Shown here piece after piece: positions 6,983 through 14,735 of a stretch of 48,266 bases of DNA (positions are counted from its first letter, which is position 1; every line of letters begins with the position of its first letter). The notes under the pieces are model-generated. The model saw nothing but the letters and a program-made list of their open reading frames with translations. It ran no database searches and was not told where the DNA came from. The translations under genes were made by a program, and so were the position numbers. Origin of the DNA: a virus (lineage: Duplodnaviria; Heunggongvirae; Uroviricota; Caudoviricetes); IMG/VR virus record IMGVR_UViG_3300009180_002437. One strand, written 5' to 3'.

Positions 6983-8458
6983 ATGTATCATGGAATAATT
7001 TTATGTGGCAGTAGAAACGACCTTTCCGGTAGAAATATTGCTGGATATAGATTACGTACCGCTGCTGAAAAATTCGGATACAATAACTTAGTTATTGATT
7101 GTGCTACTGCAATGACGGAAGCAGAACTAGAACTAGTACTCAGCAACGTTATTACAGATAAAACATTATTTTTGGGCGTCAGCACAGTTTGGCTAGATCG
7201 TCCACATAATGGACATGCCGACATTGAATGGATTAACGAAGATTTTTTTAATAGAATTCGTGCCAAACATCCAAAATTAAAAATTGTCGCAGGTGGTAAT
7301 GGTATATTACGAATGCCAGGTGCTCGTGGTCTTTATGACGCAGCAGATTGGCATATTGGTGGATTTAGCGATGACAGTTTTCCTAGATTTCTAATGTTAT
7401 TAGAAGGCAAGACAGGACATCAGTTAAAGTATTTTATTGACAGCAATGGCAAAAAAACGGTGGATAGTAATAAATTCCATCATATCGCAAATCCAGATGA
7501 TATAGAAACTGTATTAAAACCAGAAGATAACTTTCTTAGTCATCAACCAATACCATTGGAAGCCAGCAGGGGGTGTATTTTTAGATGTGCGTACTGTACT
7601 CATCCGTTTCAAGGAGCAAAAGATTACGAATCTTACATGAGAACTCCTGAAAGCATAAGCAACGAACTTCGTCGCAATTATGAATTGTTTGGTACTACCA
7701 GATATTCATTGATGGATGATACATTCAATGATAGTGTGGAGAAGTTAAATAGACTTGAGCGAGCCATAGAATTAGCAAAGATACCCAACTTTGAATTTCA
7801 ATGTTATCTTAAACCAGAGTTACTAGTAACCAAACCCGAAATGATTCCGCAGTTGTTGCGAATGGGGCTAGTAGGTGGATTTGTTGGAATAGAAAGCATG
7901 AACAACCATGCTAGAAAAGTTATGAATAAAGGAATGAACATTGAGAAGGTTCTACATGCACTTAATATGTTAACTAGCGGTAGTAATCAAGTTAAATTAA
8001 GTGCAGGCTTTATTGTAGGACTGCCGGGCGACACAATAGATGATTCATTTAAAACAGCCGAGTTTTGTAAAAATAATCCAAACTTATTTAGAACCTGGCA
8101 GTTTAGTGCCCTTGGAATCTATACTTATAATGACATTGAAAAAGAAACAACATTAATGAGTGCCCTGGAACGTGATCCAGAAAAATATGGTTATACTGTT
8201 GATCGAAAGCCAGGCGAAAATAGTGCATGGAAGAATGAATTTATGACATCTGAGCAGGCATTTGATGCAGCATTCAAATTACTCAAAGACTCGGCCGGAG
8301 TTGTTCGGTGTGGTGGCTGGCTAATTGGCTCAGCGTGGCACAATGGAGAATCGGATTTCGATATTGAACATAAAACACGAGATCAATTAAAATTAGATGG
8401 TCGCGGTAGACAAGTAGCCCGAGACCGTGCTATACTTACAGTTAAGAAGTACACTTAG
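6983..8458 (+). CDS. B12-binding (class B-like) radical SAM enzyme
   Basis: N-terminal Rossmann-like domain with IVAGG; EASRGCIFRCAYC; DDTFN; GIES; GFIVGLPGD. Confidence 0.85.
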   Translation: MYHGIILCGSRNDLSGRNIAGYRLRTAAEKFGYNNLVIDCATAMTEAELELVLSNVITDKTLFLGVSTVWLDRPHNGHADIEWINEDFFNRIRAKHPKLKIVAGGNGILRMPGARGLYDAADWHIGGFSDDSFPRFLMLLEGKTGHQLKYFIDSNGKKTVDSNKFHHIANPDDIETVLKPEDNFLSHQPIPLEASRGCIFRCAYCTHPFQGAKDYESYMRTPESISNELRRNYELFGTTRYSLMDDTFNDSVEKLNRLERAIELAKIPNFEFQCYLKPELLVTKPEMIPQLLRMGLVGGFVGIESMNNHARKVMNKGMNIEKVLHALNMLTSGSNQVKLSAGFIVGLPGDTIDDSFKTAEFCKNNPNLFRTWQFSALGIYTYNDIEKETTLMSALERDPEKYGYTVDRKPGENSAWKNEFMTSEQAFDAAFKLLKDSAGVVRCGGWLIGSAWHNGESDFDIEHKTRDQLKLDGRGRQVARDRAILTVKKYT

Positions 8459-8469
8459 TAAAAATCAAC

Positions 8470-8553
8470 GGAGGTGATGTTCCAACGGTGGGACAGGAGA
8501 CTGTAAATCTCTGGCACTTGTGCAGGTAGGTTCGATCCCTACCACCTCCACCA
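8470..8553 (+). tRNA. tRNA-Tyr (GTA)
   Basis: Cloverleaf with long variable arm, CCA. Confidence 0.92.
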
Positions 8554-8559
8554 AGTAAT

Positions 8560-8634
8560 GCTGCATTCGACTTCTGGTGAGGTCATCACCCTTTCAAGGT
8601 GACCAGACGGGATCGTAACCCGTATGCAGTACCA
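8560..8634 (+). tRNA. tRNA-Glu (TTC)
   Basis: TCACC-CTTTCAA-GGTGA; T-loop ATCGTAA; CCA. Confidence 0.9.
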
Positions 8635-8642
8635 GTTTTAAA

Positions 8643-8735
8643 GAGTAGTAATGCAGCGGGGTTGGTCCTGCGACCAGCCTTGAAAACTGGGTTCTCTGTA
8701 ATGGGGATGGGGTTCGACTCCTCTGCTACTCGCCA
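8643..8735 (+). tRNA. tRNA-Ser (TGA)
   Basis: Long variable arm, G73, CCA. Confidence 0.9.
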
Positions 8736-8744
8736 AAGTTTTAA

Positions 8745-8839
8745 AGTGAGTTGGATGAGTGGCTTAAATCGGCACCCTGCTAAGGTGTTGACTCTGGTAA
8801 CCCCAGGGTCCGTGGGTTCAAATCCCACACTCACTGCCA
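8745..8839 (+). tRNA. tRNA-Ser (GCT)
   Basis: Long variable arm, G73, CCA. Confidence 0.9.
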
Positions 8840-8846
8840 AAGATTT

Positions 8847-8941
8847 GCTCCTGTAGTTTAGCGGTAAAACACCCGGCTTATACCCGGCATATGTCCCCAG
8901 ATTAGGGAGCGTCGGTGGTTCGAATCCACCCAGGAGTACCA
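8847..8941 (+). tRNA. tRNA-Ile (TAT) with long variable arm
   Basis: Anticodon loop CT-TAT-AC, ~24-nt variable region containing TCCC/GGGA stem, canonical T arm, A73, CCA. Confidence 0.8.
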
Positions 8942-8947
8942 AATATT

Positions 8948-9024
8948 GTGTCCGTAATTCAACTGGATAGAAAGCAAGTCTTCGAAACTTGAGGTTGGGA
9001 GTTCAAATCTCTCCGGACGCACCA
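8948..9024 (+). tRNA. tRNA-Arg (TCG)
   Basis: CAAGT-CTTCGAA-ACTTG; CCA. Confidence 0.92.
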
Positions 9025-9031
9025 ATGAAAT

Positions 9032-9108
9032 GCCTCGATAACTCAGTTGGTCAGAGTGCCATCTTGATAAGGTGGAAGTCCCAAGTTCAAATCTTGGTCG
9101 AGGCACCA
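9032..9108 (+). tRNA. tRNA-Ile (GAT)
   Basis: Cloverleaf, loop CTGAT-type TTGATAA, CCA. Confidence 0.92.
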
Positions 9109-9128
9109 ACAGTAAATAGTAGTAATAT

Positions 9129-9203
9129 ATCTCCCTAGTGTCAACGGCAGCACATCTGACTCCAAATCAGCTGGTGAGGGTTCAAATCCTTCGGGGGATG
9201 CCA
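9129..9203 (+). tRNA. tRNA-Trp (CCA)
   Basis: TCTGA-CTCCAAA-TCAGC; G73; CCA. Confidence 0.9.
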
Positions 9204-9223
9204 AAATAACCAAAGAGGTCGTA

Positions 9224-9694
9224 ATGAAGTTCAACATACCACAAATCAAAGAGTTCATAGATAAACAAGGTCCCGACACTAAAATTTATATTGGTGTTGA
9301 CTCAGAACGAGTTAAAAAAGGTACGCAGTGGTATGCTGACTATACGGCGGCTATCGTTGTTCACTTAGATGGAAAACATGGGTGTAAGCTGTTTGGCGAG
9401 GTAACTCGTGAAAGAGATTATGATCGTGTTGACAAACCTAACACTAGGCTAATGACTGAAGTGTTTAAGGTAAGTGAACTGTATCTTAAACTAGCAGAAG
9501 TTCTGGAAAATCGTGTGGTGGAGGTGCACCTTGATATTAATCCTGATGACGAATTCAAAAGTAGTAATGTAGTAGCGCAAGCGATTGGATACATTCGTGG
9601 TACTTGTAATGTAGAACCTCGTGTTAAACCGCATGGTTTTGCTGCTAGTTATGCTGCTGACAGATTTAAAAGTTTGAAAGTGGTTAACGAATAA
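9224..9694 (+). CDS. RNase H-like YkuK (DUF458) family protein
   Basis: IYIGVDSE...AAIVVH...EVFKVSELY...EVHLDIN...AASYAAD pattern. Confidence 0.75.
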   Translation: MKFNIPQIKEFIDKQGPDTKIYIGVDSERVKKGTQWYADYTAAIVVHLDGKHGCKLFGEVTRERDYDRVDKPNTRLMTEVFKVSELYLKLAEVLENRVVEVHLDINPDDEFKSSNVVAQAIGYIRGTCNVEPRVKPHGFAASYAADRFKSLKVVNE

Positions 9695-9939
9695 TGCCAT
9701 TAGATCGTAGTATGTATCCCACCATGCAAGAAGATGTGTGGATGCCCCGATTTCCAGTTTATGATAAGTGTTTTGCTTGGTTACCACATCGGTGTACTCA
9801 AAGTAACTGCGTAATATGGTTACGGTGGGGGCGTAGATATCAGCAGTGGGTTGGATATGGTGATACTCAGTACTCAAAATGGATATGGATAACCGAACAA
9901 GAATATCTAATATATTGTTTAAAGGCAGCCAATGAGTAA
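9694..9939 (+). CDS. hypothetical protein
   Basis: 81-aa coupled ORF. Confidence 0.65.
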   Translation: MPLDRSMYPTMQEDVWMPRFPVYDKCFAWLPHRCTQSNCVIWLRWGRRYQQWVGYGDTQYSKWIWITEQEYLIYCLKAANE

Positions 9940-10393
9940 CATCACAAAAGGTCGTAAGAGTTATGACAGTACTATGGGTAACACCGTAGTGCCGTTCTTT
10001 AATCGTAATGTGACGCCTTACCCCACTGAGGCTGGTGGTACTAAGTTTGATCTAGTTCCAGTTACGCAACAAAAAGACATTATGATTAATAATGCCCGCT
10101 TGTTTGCCCAACAAGAATATGATAGAATAATGGAACTAGTAGCAGTATTAGAAAGACAAGCAGGAGATATTAAGCGTCGATTAGACATGACTGACTTAGT
10201 ACACAGTTGTAAATATGAGTTTCAATTAAGCATGGGTCATGTATATTGGGTAGTTAAAGATACACGCAATGATGTAACTATACTAACCGCCATGTCACCA
10301 ACCGATTGGACTAGTGGCGTTCCAGAAAATTATGAATATTTGATACAGGTTCGTTATCTAGGAGATCACTCTTGGATGGAAGTAAATGAGTAA
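9932..10393 (+). CDS. hypothetical protein (DUF2452-like)
   Basis: Coiled segment then YEFQLSMGHVYW...SPTDW pattern; family assignment from recall only. Confidence 0.6.
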   Translation: MSNITKGRKSYDSTMGNTVVPFFNRNVTPYPTEAGGTKFDLVPVTQQKDIMINNARLFAQQEYDRIMELVAVLERQAGDIKRRLDMTDLVHSCKYEFQLSMGHVYWVVKDTRNDVTILTAMSPTDWTSGVPENYEYLIQVRYLGDHSWMEVNE

Positions 10394-10394
10394 T

Positions 10395-10478
10395 GGGCTG
10401 GTGATGTAACGGTAGCCATGATGGTCTTAGAAGCCATTGCCGAAAGGCGTGAGAGTTCGAGTCTCTCCTAGCCCACCA
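10395..10478 (+). tRNA. tRNA-Leu (TAG)
   Basis: Long variable arm, A73, CCA. Confidence 0.92.
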
Positions 10479-10491
10479 AACACAGGATAGT

Positions 10492-11436
10492 ATGAAAGAA
10501 TTAATAGAGATTAAAAATTTAAACAATGAGATATTTGTCTATTGGATATTGACTGATTTTTGTAATCAGCATTGAACATACTGTCCCTCATCATTAAATC
10601 TTGGAGCATATGCAAATAGCCCTCTATTTCCGAGTGATAGTGACATTGATTTGTTTCTCGATAAGCTAATCGCTATACAACAACAGACTAAAAAGAGATT
10701 GGTGGTTAATATATCAGGTGGTGAACCTACCTTACATAATAAATTCGCAGACATAATTGAACGCCTACATGATTACGCTACTATTACCGTTACAACAAAT
10801 GGTGCTAGAAGCGTCAGCTGGTGGCAATCATTGTCCAAACAACCACAACTAGTAATTTTGTCATTGCATCCAGAATACTATGACTCCAAAAAATTAAAAA
10901 TCAATCAACTATGCGAATTTTTAAAAGACAATGGAGTGGATATACAGTTTAATCTTATGTGCCATCCGGGTATGTGGGATACGGTAATGGAAATAGTTAA
11001 TGACGTTGATGTTAGATTCAAACCATTTATCATTCCAAAAGTTATACAGGATCAAGACACGTTTAACAGAGATATGTATTCATATACATCCGAGCAATTA
11101 GATTTTATTAAAAGCTACCCCACCAAACTAGATTCAAATATAGCATGGGACGTTAAGGCAGTTTATTCGAATGGCGATATTAATCGTGCTGTTCCCAATA
11201 CAATTATGGCAGAAGGTTTACATTATTTTCATAACTGGCGGTGTGCTGCGGGTAGTGAAGGTATATGTGTATACGCCAACGGTGAAGTTAGAGCAGGAAT
11301 TTGTAATGCTAGACTATTAGGGACTATTTCAAATTTTAATTTGCTTGATGAGTATTTGACTTGTCCTAGACCTAGTTGTGTGTGTCCCGGGGATATTTTT
11401 CTTAACAAATATAATCCCAAGATAGTGTCAAAATAG
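10492..11436 (+). CDS. radical SAM protein with in-frame TGA at codon 28 (recoded or pseudogene)
   Basis: AGGA RBS, ATG 10492, W-I-L-T-D-F-C-N-Q-H-[TGA 10573-10575]-T-Y-C-P, in frame with the track ORF at 10651 (SGGEP, TTNG, C-terminal CAAG...C...CPRPSCVCPGD). Confidence 0.8.
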
Positions 11437-11465
11437 TTGACAGTAATAGTAAAGCACTATATAAT
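11437..11465 (+). promoter_or_regulatory. sigma70-type promoter
   Basis: TTGACA-N17-TATAAT. Confidence 0.85.
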
Positions 11466-11473
11466 AGTAACAT

Positions 11474-11558
11474 GCGAGAGTGGTGGAATTGGTATACACA
11501 CAAGACTTAAAATCTTGCGCCTTATGGATTGAGGGTTCAAGTCCCTCCTTTCGCACCA
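11474..11558 (+). tRNA. tRNA-Leu (TAA)
   Basis: CAAGA-CTTAAAA-TCTTG, long variable arm, CCA. Confidence 0.92.
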
Positions 11559-11560
11559 AA

Positions 11561-11634
11561 GCAGGGTTGGCATATTGGTTGTGTCCCAGCCTTCCAAGCT
11601 GGTCAAAGGAGTTCGATTCTCCTACCCTGCTCCA
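11561..11634 (+). tRNA. tRNA-Gly (TCC)
   Basis: CCAGC-CTTCCAA-GCTGG, U73, CCA. Confidence 0.92.
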
Positions 11635-11655
11635 TTTTATAAGAGTGCAACCATT

Positions 11656-11778
11656 ATGAAAGAATATATAATTGAATACCAAACAGAACCAGAAGCAGTT
11701 AGAGAATTTCATCATACATCAATTAAGTTTTTAAGTGGATTGATCGTATTGAGTTTTATACTTTACCTGTTTCATTAA
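11656..11778 (+). CDS. small membrane protein (40 aa)
   Basis: MKEYIIEYQTEPEAVREFHHTSIKFLSGLIVLSFILYLFH with a C-terminal hydrophobic helix; the longer track ORF overlaps tRNA-Gly. Confidence 0.5.
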   Translation: MKEYIIEYQTEPEAVREFHHTSIKFLSGLIVLSFILYLFH

Positions 11779-11787
11779 ACAAGTTAT

Positions 11788-11863
11788 GCGGGTGTAGCTC
11801 AGCTGGTAGAGCGCCACGTTGCCAACGTGATTGTCGTCGGTTCGAACCCGATCACCCGCTCCA
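11788..11863 (+). tRNA. tRNA-Gly (GCC)
   Basis: CCACG-TTGCCAA-CGTGA, U73, CCA. Confidence 0.92.
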
Positions 11864-11873
11864 GTATTATTAA

Positions 11874-12006
11874 GTGAACAAGTTGTTTGAGCAGTGTTAA
11901 ATGCACACGGGTTACCTTTCCTAACCGTCAGTGAACGTACAATCGTCATCATGACGTACCCCTGCCGAATGAACTGGGCGTGGCAGTGATAACAGCTTGT
12001 TCACCA
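11874..12006 (+). ncRNA. orphan ~133-nt multibranched structured RNA
   Basis: 14-bp closing stem GTGAACAAGTTGTT/AACAGCTTGTTCAC enclosing four hairpins; sequence ends ...CACCA. Confidence 0.55.
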
Positions 12007-12026
12007 AATAATGTTGATGGACCAAT

Positions 12027-12102
12027 GGGGGATTAGCTCAGCTGGGAGAGCGACTGGTTTGCAACCAGTAGGTCAACGGTTCGATCCCGTTATCCTCCAC
12101 CA
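12027..12102 (+). tRNA. tRNA-Ala (TGC)
   Basis: G3.U70, ACTGG-TTTGCAA-CCAGT, CCA. Confidence 0.93.
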
Positions 12103-12107
12103 ATTAA

Positions 12108-12136
12108 TTGACATTAAATACAATACAATATATAAT
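12108..12136 (+). promoter_or_regulatory. sigma70-type promoter
   Basis: TTGACA-N17-TATAAT. Confidence 0.85.
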
Positions 12137-12155
12137 GTTTGTATAGTAAGCCTGT

Positions 12156-12234
12156 TGCGGAGTAGGGGAGTCTGGTCGTCCCCGCTAGTCTCATAAGCTA
12201 GAGATCGTTGGTTCAAATCCTTCCTCCGCTACCA
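12156..12234 (+). tRNA. initiator-like tRNA-Met (CAT)
   Basis: 1:72 T/T mismatch, CTCATAA loop, GATCG variable/T junction like fMet; lacks the three G-C pairs in the anticodon stem. Confidence 0.75.
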
Positions 12235-12254
12235 TTTTATAACAAGGAGTTGAC

Positions 12255-12452
12255 ATGAAAGCAGTTTTAGCAATTGGTGTGGCGTCATTAGTACTTACTG
12301 GTTGTATTGTTGCTGATCCATATTATGTTCAGACAAGGCCGGTGTATGTTCAACCTAGGCCTGTATATGTGGCACCACCTGTTCGTTGTTCTTATGTAAC
12401 GCAGTGGAATGGATACACCAGACAGTATTATAATGTTCGTGTTTGTAGGTAG
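12255..12452 (+). CDS. small proline-rich lipoprotein
   Basis: Signal peptide with lipobox LTGC, then VYVQPRPVYVAPP repeats; AAGGAG RBS. Confidence 0.75.
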   Translation: MKAVLAIGVASLVLTGCIVADPYYVQTRPVYVQPRPVYVAPPVRCSYVTQWNGYTRQYYNVRVCR

Positions 12453-12473
12453 GAAATAGTTTTACAACTCTAT

Positions 12474-12550
12474 CGGAGATTGGGAAAGTCTGGTAATCCG
12501 TCTGCTTTGGGAGCAGAAAACCGTAGGTTCGAATCCTACATCTCCGACCA
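12474..12550 (+). tRNA. tRNA-Pro (TGG)
   Basis: C1-G72, TCTGC-TTTGGGA-GCAGA, CCA. Confidence 0.92.
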
Positions 12551-12578
12551 ATTAACTTAGTTCAACTTTAGGAAATAT

Positions 12579-12833
12579 ATGTCAGTCAAAACAGTAGCCA
12601 GTCTTATCGATGTCAACCTTTGCTGTGAACAAGTCGGCAATAAGCGTTATGACTTGGTGTTGATCGCTGCGGCCAAAATGCGGGAGTTACGATTCCATAG
12701 ATTGGGCACAGATAAAATTACACGGTTGTCAGAAGTTCTGCTGGATATCCAAGAAGGGCGTGTTGATGCCAAAGAGTATTTGATGAAGATCGAATCAGTA
12801 CAGGCAAAAAAACAAAGTAAAAAATATAGATAG
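12579..12833 (+). CDS. rpoZ: RNA polymerase omega subunit-like protein
   Basis: GNKRYDLVLIAAAKMREL and EVLLDIQEGRV match the RpoZ conserved regions (NRFDLVLVAARRARQL ... ALREIEEG). Confidence 0.65.
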   Translation: MSVKTVASLIDVNLCCEQVGNKRYDLVLIAAAKMRELRFHRLGTDKITRLSEVLLDIQEGRVDAKEYLMKIESVQAKKQSKKYR

Positions 12834-12839
12834 TTCAGT

Positions 12840-12915
12840 TGGAGATTAGCCAAGCTGGTAAGGCAACGGATTTTGATTCCGTCATACACAGGTTCGAACC
12901 CTGTATCTCCTGCCA
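12840..12915 (+). tRNA. tRNA-Gln (TTG)
   Basis: ACGGA-TTTTGAT-TCCGT, weak 1:72 pair, G73, CCA. Confidence 0.92.
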
Positions 12916-12921
12916 CATATT

Positions 12922-12997
12922 AGGGGGTTAGCTCAGTTGGTAGAGCGTCTGCCTTACACGCAGAATGTCATCGGTTCGAACCCGGTACCCCCTACCA
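12922..12997 (+). tRNA. tRNA-Val (TAC)
   Basis: TCTGC-CTTACAC-GCAGA, CCA. Confidence 0.93.
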
Positions 12998-14533
12998 TTA
13001 TAAATTTAATATTGAATTGATATAATTTTGCACATAATCAACTGTGGCTTTTTTGTAATTTCTATCTACCCACATCATATATTCAGATCTATTCATTTTA
13101 AATTGTTCTTCTAATGGCTGAGGATCATCGAAATATTTTACCATGGAATCTGTCAAGAGAAAATCAAACCCGCCAAATTCTCCTCTGTTCACGGACCGCG
13201 CTGCTTCCGTTAATTCGTGAGCTAGAGATTCTGCTTCACTGTAATGTTTGATTGGACTAGATAAATTTTTCCATATTCGTGGTTGTTTTGGATCAGGCCA
13301 ATAATATCCGTATTTTGAGGCATTTAGTTGAAACTCACTCTTATATGGTAAATTATCATGTATCGGATTAACCAACAATAATGGAAAGATGCGAACCCCA
13401 TCCACTAGATTGTTGGGATCCAAAATCCATTGCTTAGTTTCCATATATGATTCATAGGTTTCGTGCGGTAACCCAGTTATTACGCTAATGCTAATCTTGA
13501 CGTCATCGCCCCATAATTCATTTTTTAATTCTTGCAAAAATTTTTTAGATTTAACCCCACCAAGTCCTTTACCTATCGAACTTGCAGCCCGATCATGAAA
13601 TGATTCTACTCCAAAATGACAACCACGCAGCCCCATTTCTTTTAACAACCTAACTTGATCTCTATGTGCATGTAATAGATCAAGTCTGAGATAACATGCA
13701 AAATAAATTTTAAATGGCAACGAAGTAAAAATTTTATGTAGATGTGCTAATTTTTCATTACTATCATTGAACGTATCATCACTTATCAGATATTTATAAA
13801 TTCCAAAATTTTCATAATTGTATATTAACTCTTCGGTCAGTACATCATAATCTTTAATAAAATCTAATTTTTTCTTACCATTCAATGGATAGGCACAAAA
13901 CTTGCATTTAAAAATACAACCCCTACTCACTTCTAGCGTAATTGATTCGCCAGGATCAACGCAATCTTCTGGTTGGTATATAATTTGGCAACGACAAAAG
14001 TTAAATGTTTTATCTGATGCAGTTACATCATATATTAACGTGTTATCTTGTTTTCTTGTGGGTACAGGTATTGTAGTTTTATCACGTATAGATACTATGT
14101 AGTCGGTAAATTGTTTTTCACTATATCCTAAAAATACAGCGTCTACATTTTTAACACTCTCCAATAAATCTACACCGTTTGGCCCACCAAATAGTATTTG
14201 AATATTGTTGTTTATATGTTTGGCTTGACTAATAATATGTGAAACAAGATTTCCTATAACCTTAAAACGAACCCTAAGCCAAAACGATGTGCTAAAAGCA
14301 ATTGCCACAGTATCCGAGCCAATAAATTTGTTGCATGCCTGTGATAGTTCTTCCGAAGTAAATGCTGTAACTAATTGTATTACTTGACAAGTAAATCCTA
14401 CTTTTCTTATTTCAGTTGCTACTCGATATGCACCGATAGATTTACTTGGAGAACGTCTCCCCAGTTTTGGATGACTTGGTTGAAAAACTATATCATCGGC
14501 TGTGGTATCAGCAAAAATTATAATATTAGCCAT
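12998..14533 (-). CDS. B12-binding (class B-like) radical SAM enzyme
   Basis: ILFGGP; EVSRGCIFKCKFC; DDTFND; GVESF; ITGLPHE. Paralog of 6983-8458. Confidence 0.85.
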   Translation of the reverse strand: MANIIIFADTTADDIVFQPSHPKLGRRSPSKSIGAYRVATEIRKVGFTCQVIQLVTAFTSEELSQACNKFIGSDTVAIAFSTSFWLRVRFKVIGNLVSHIISQAKHINNNIQILFGGPNGVDLLESVKNVDAVFLGYSEKQFTDYIVSIRDKTTIPVPTRKQDNTLIYDVTASDKTFNFCRCQIIYQPEDCVDPGESITLEVSRGCIFKCKFCAYPLNGKKKLDFIKDYDVLTEELIYNYENFGIYKYLISDDTFNDSNEKLAHLHKIFTSLPFKIYFACYLRLDLLHAHRDQVRLLKEMGLRGCHFGVESFHDRAASSIGKGLGGVKSKKFLQELKNELWGDDVKISISVITGLPHETYESYMETKQWILDPNNLVDGVRIFPLLLVNPIHDNLPYKSEFQLNASKYGYYWPDPKQPRIWKNLSSPIKHYSEAESLAHELTEAARSVNRGEFGGFDFLLTDSMVKYFDDPQPLEEQFKMNRSEYMMWVDRNYKKATVDYVQNYINSILNL

Positions 14534-14575
14534 GCTACTACTTATATGTTATAATGTCATTAAGTTTTTAAATTA

Positions 14576-14651
14576 CCACCCTAAGCTAATCTAGTGAAAG
14601 CGCCAGTTTGAAGAACTGGATAGTCTGGAGCGTAACCAGGAGGGTGGACCA
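14576..14651 (+). tRNA. tRNA-Phe (GAA)
   Basis: CCAGT-TTGAAGA-ACTGG; T-loop AGCGTAA; CCA. Confidence 0.88.
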
Positions 14652-14657
14652 ATCAAT

Positions 14658-14734
14658 GGTGTAGGTAGCTTAATCGGTAAAGCCCAAGATTGTGGATCTT
14701 GCCTATGCGGATTCAAATTCCGTCCTACACCCCA
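14658..14734 (+). tRNA. tRNA-His (GTG)
   Basis: Encoded G-1 opposite C73, CAAGA-TTGTGGA-TCTTG, CCA. Confidence 0.92.
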
Positions 14735-14735
14735 G

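Noticed and set aside
10576-10640. SECIS element after the in-frame TGA
   Set aside because: Only weak stems are visible (e.g. AAATAG/CTATTT), with no clear G-containing apical loop at the expected distance; not supportable by eye.
4947-12916. Short track ORFs such as 4947-5192(-), 6411-6662(-), 8586-8942(-), 8599-8856(+), 8858-9109(-), 9043-9279(-), 10311-10526(-), 11428-11715(-), 11731-11952(-), 12011-12196(+) and 12647-12916(-)
   Set aside because: They overlap tRNA genes in sense or antisense and translate to typical tRNA-shadow peptides (e.g. GFEP, RFEL); no RBS or coding signal.
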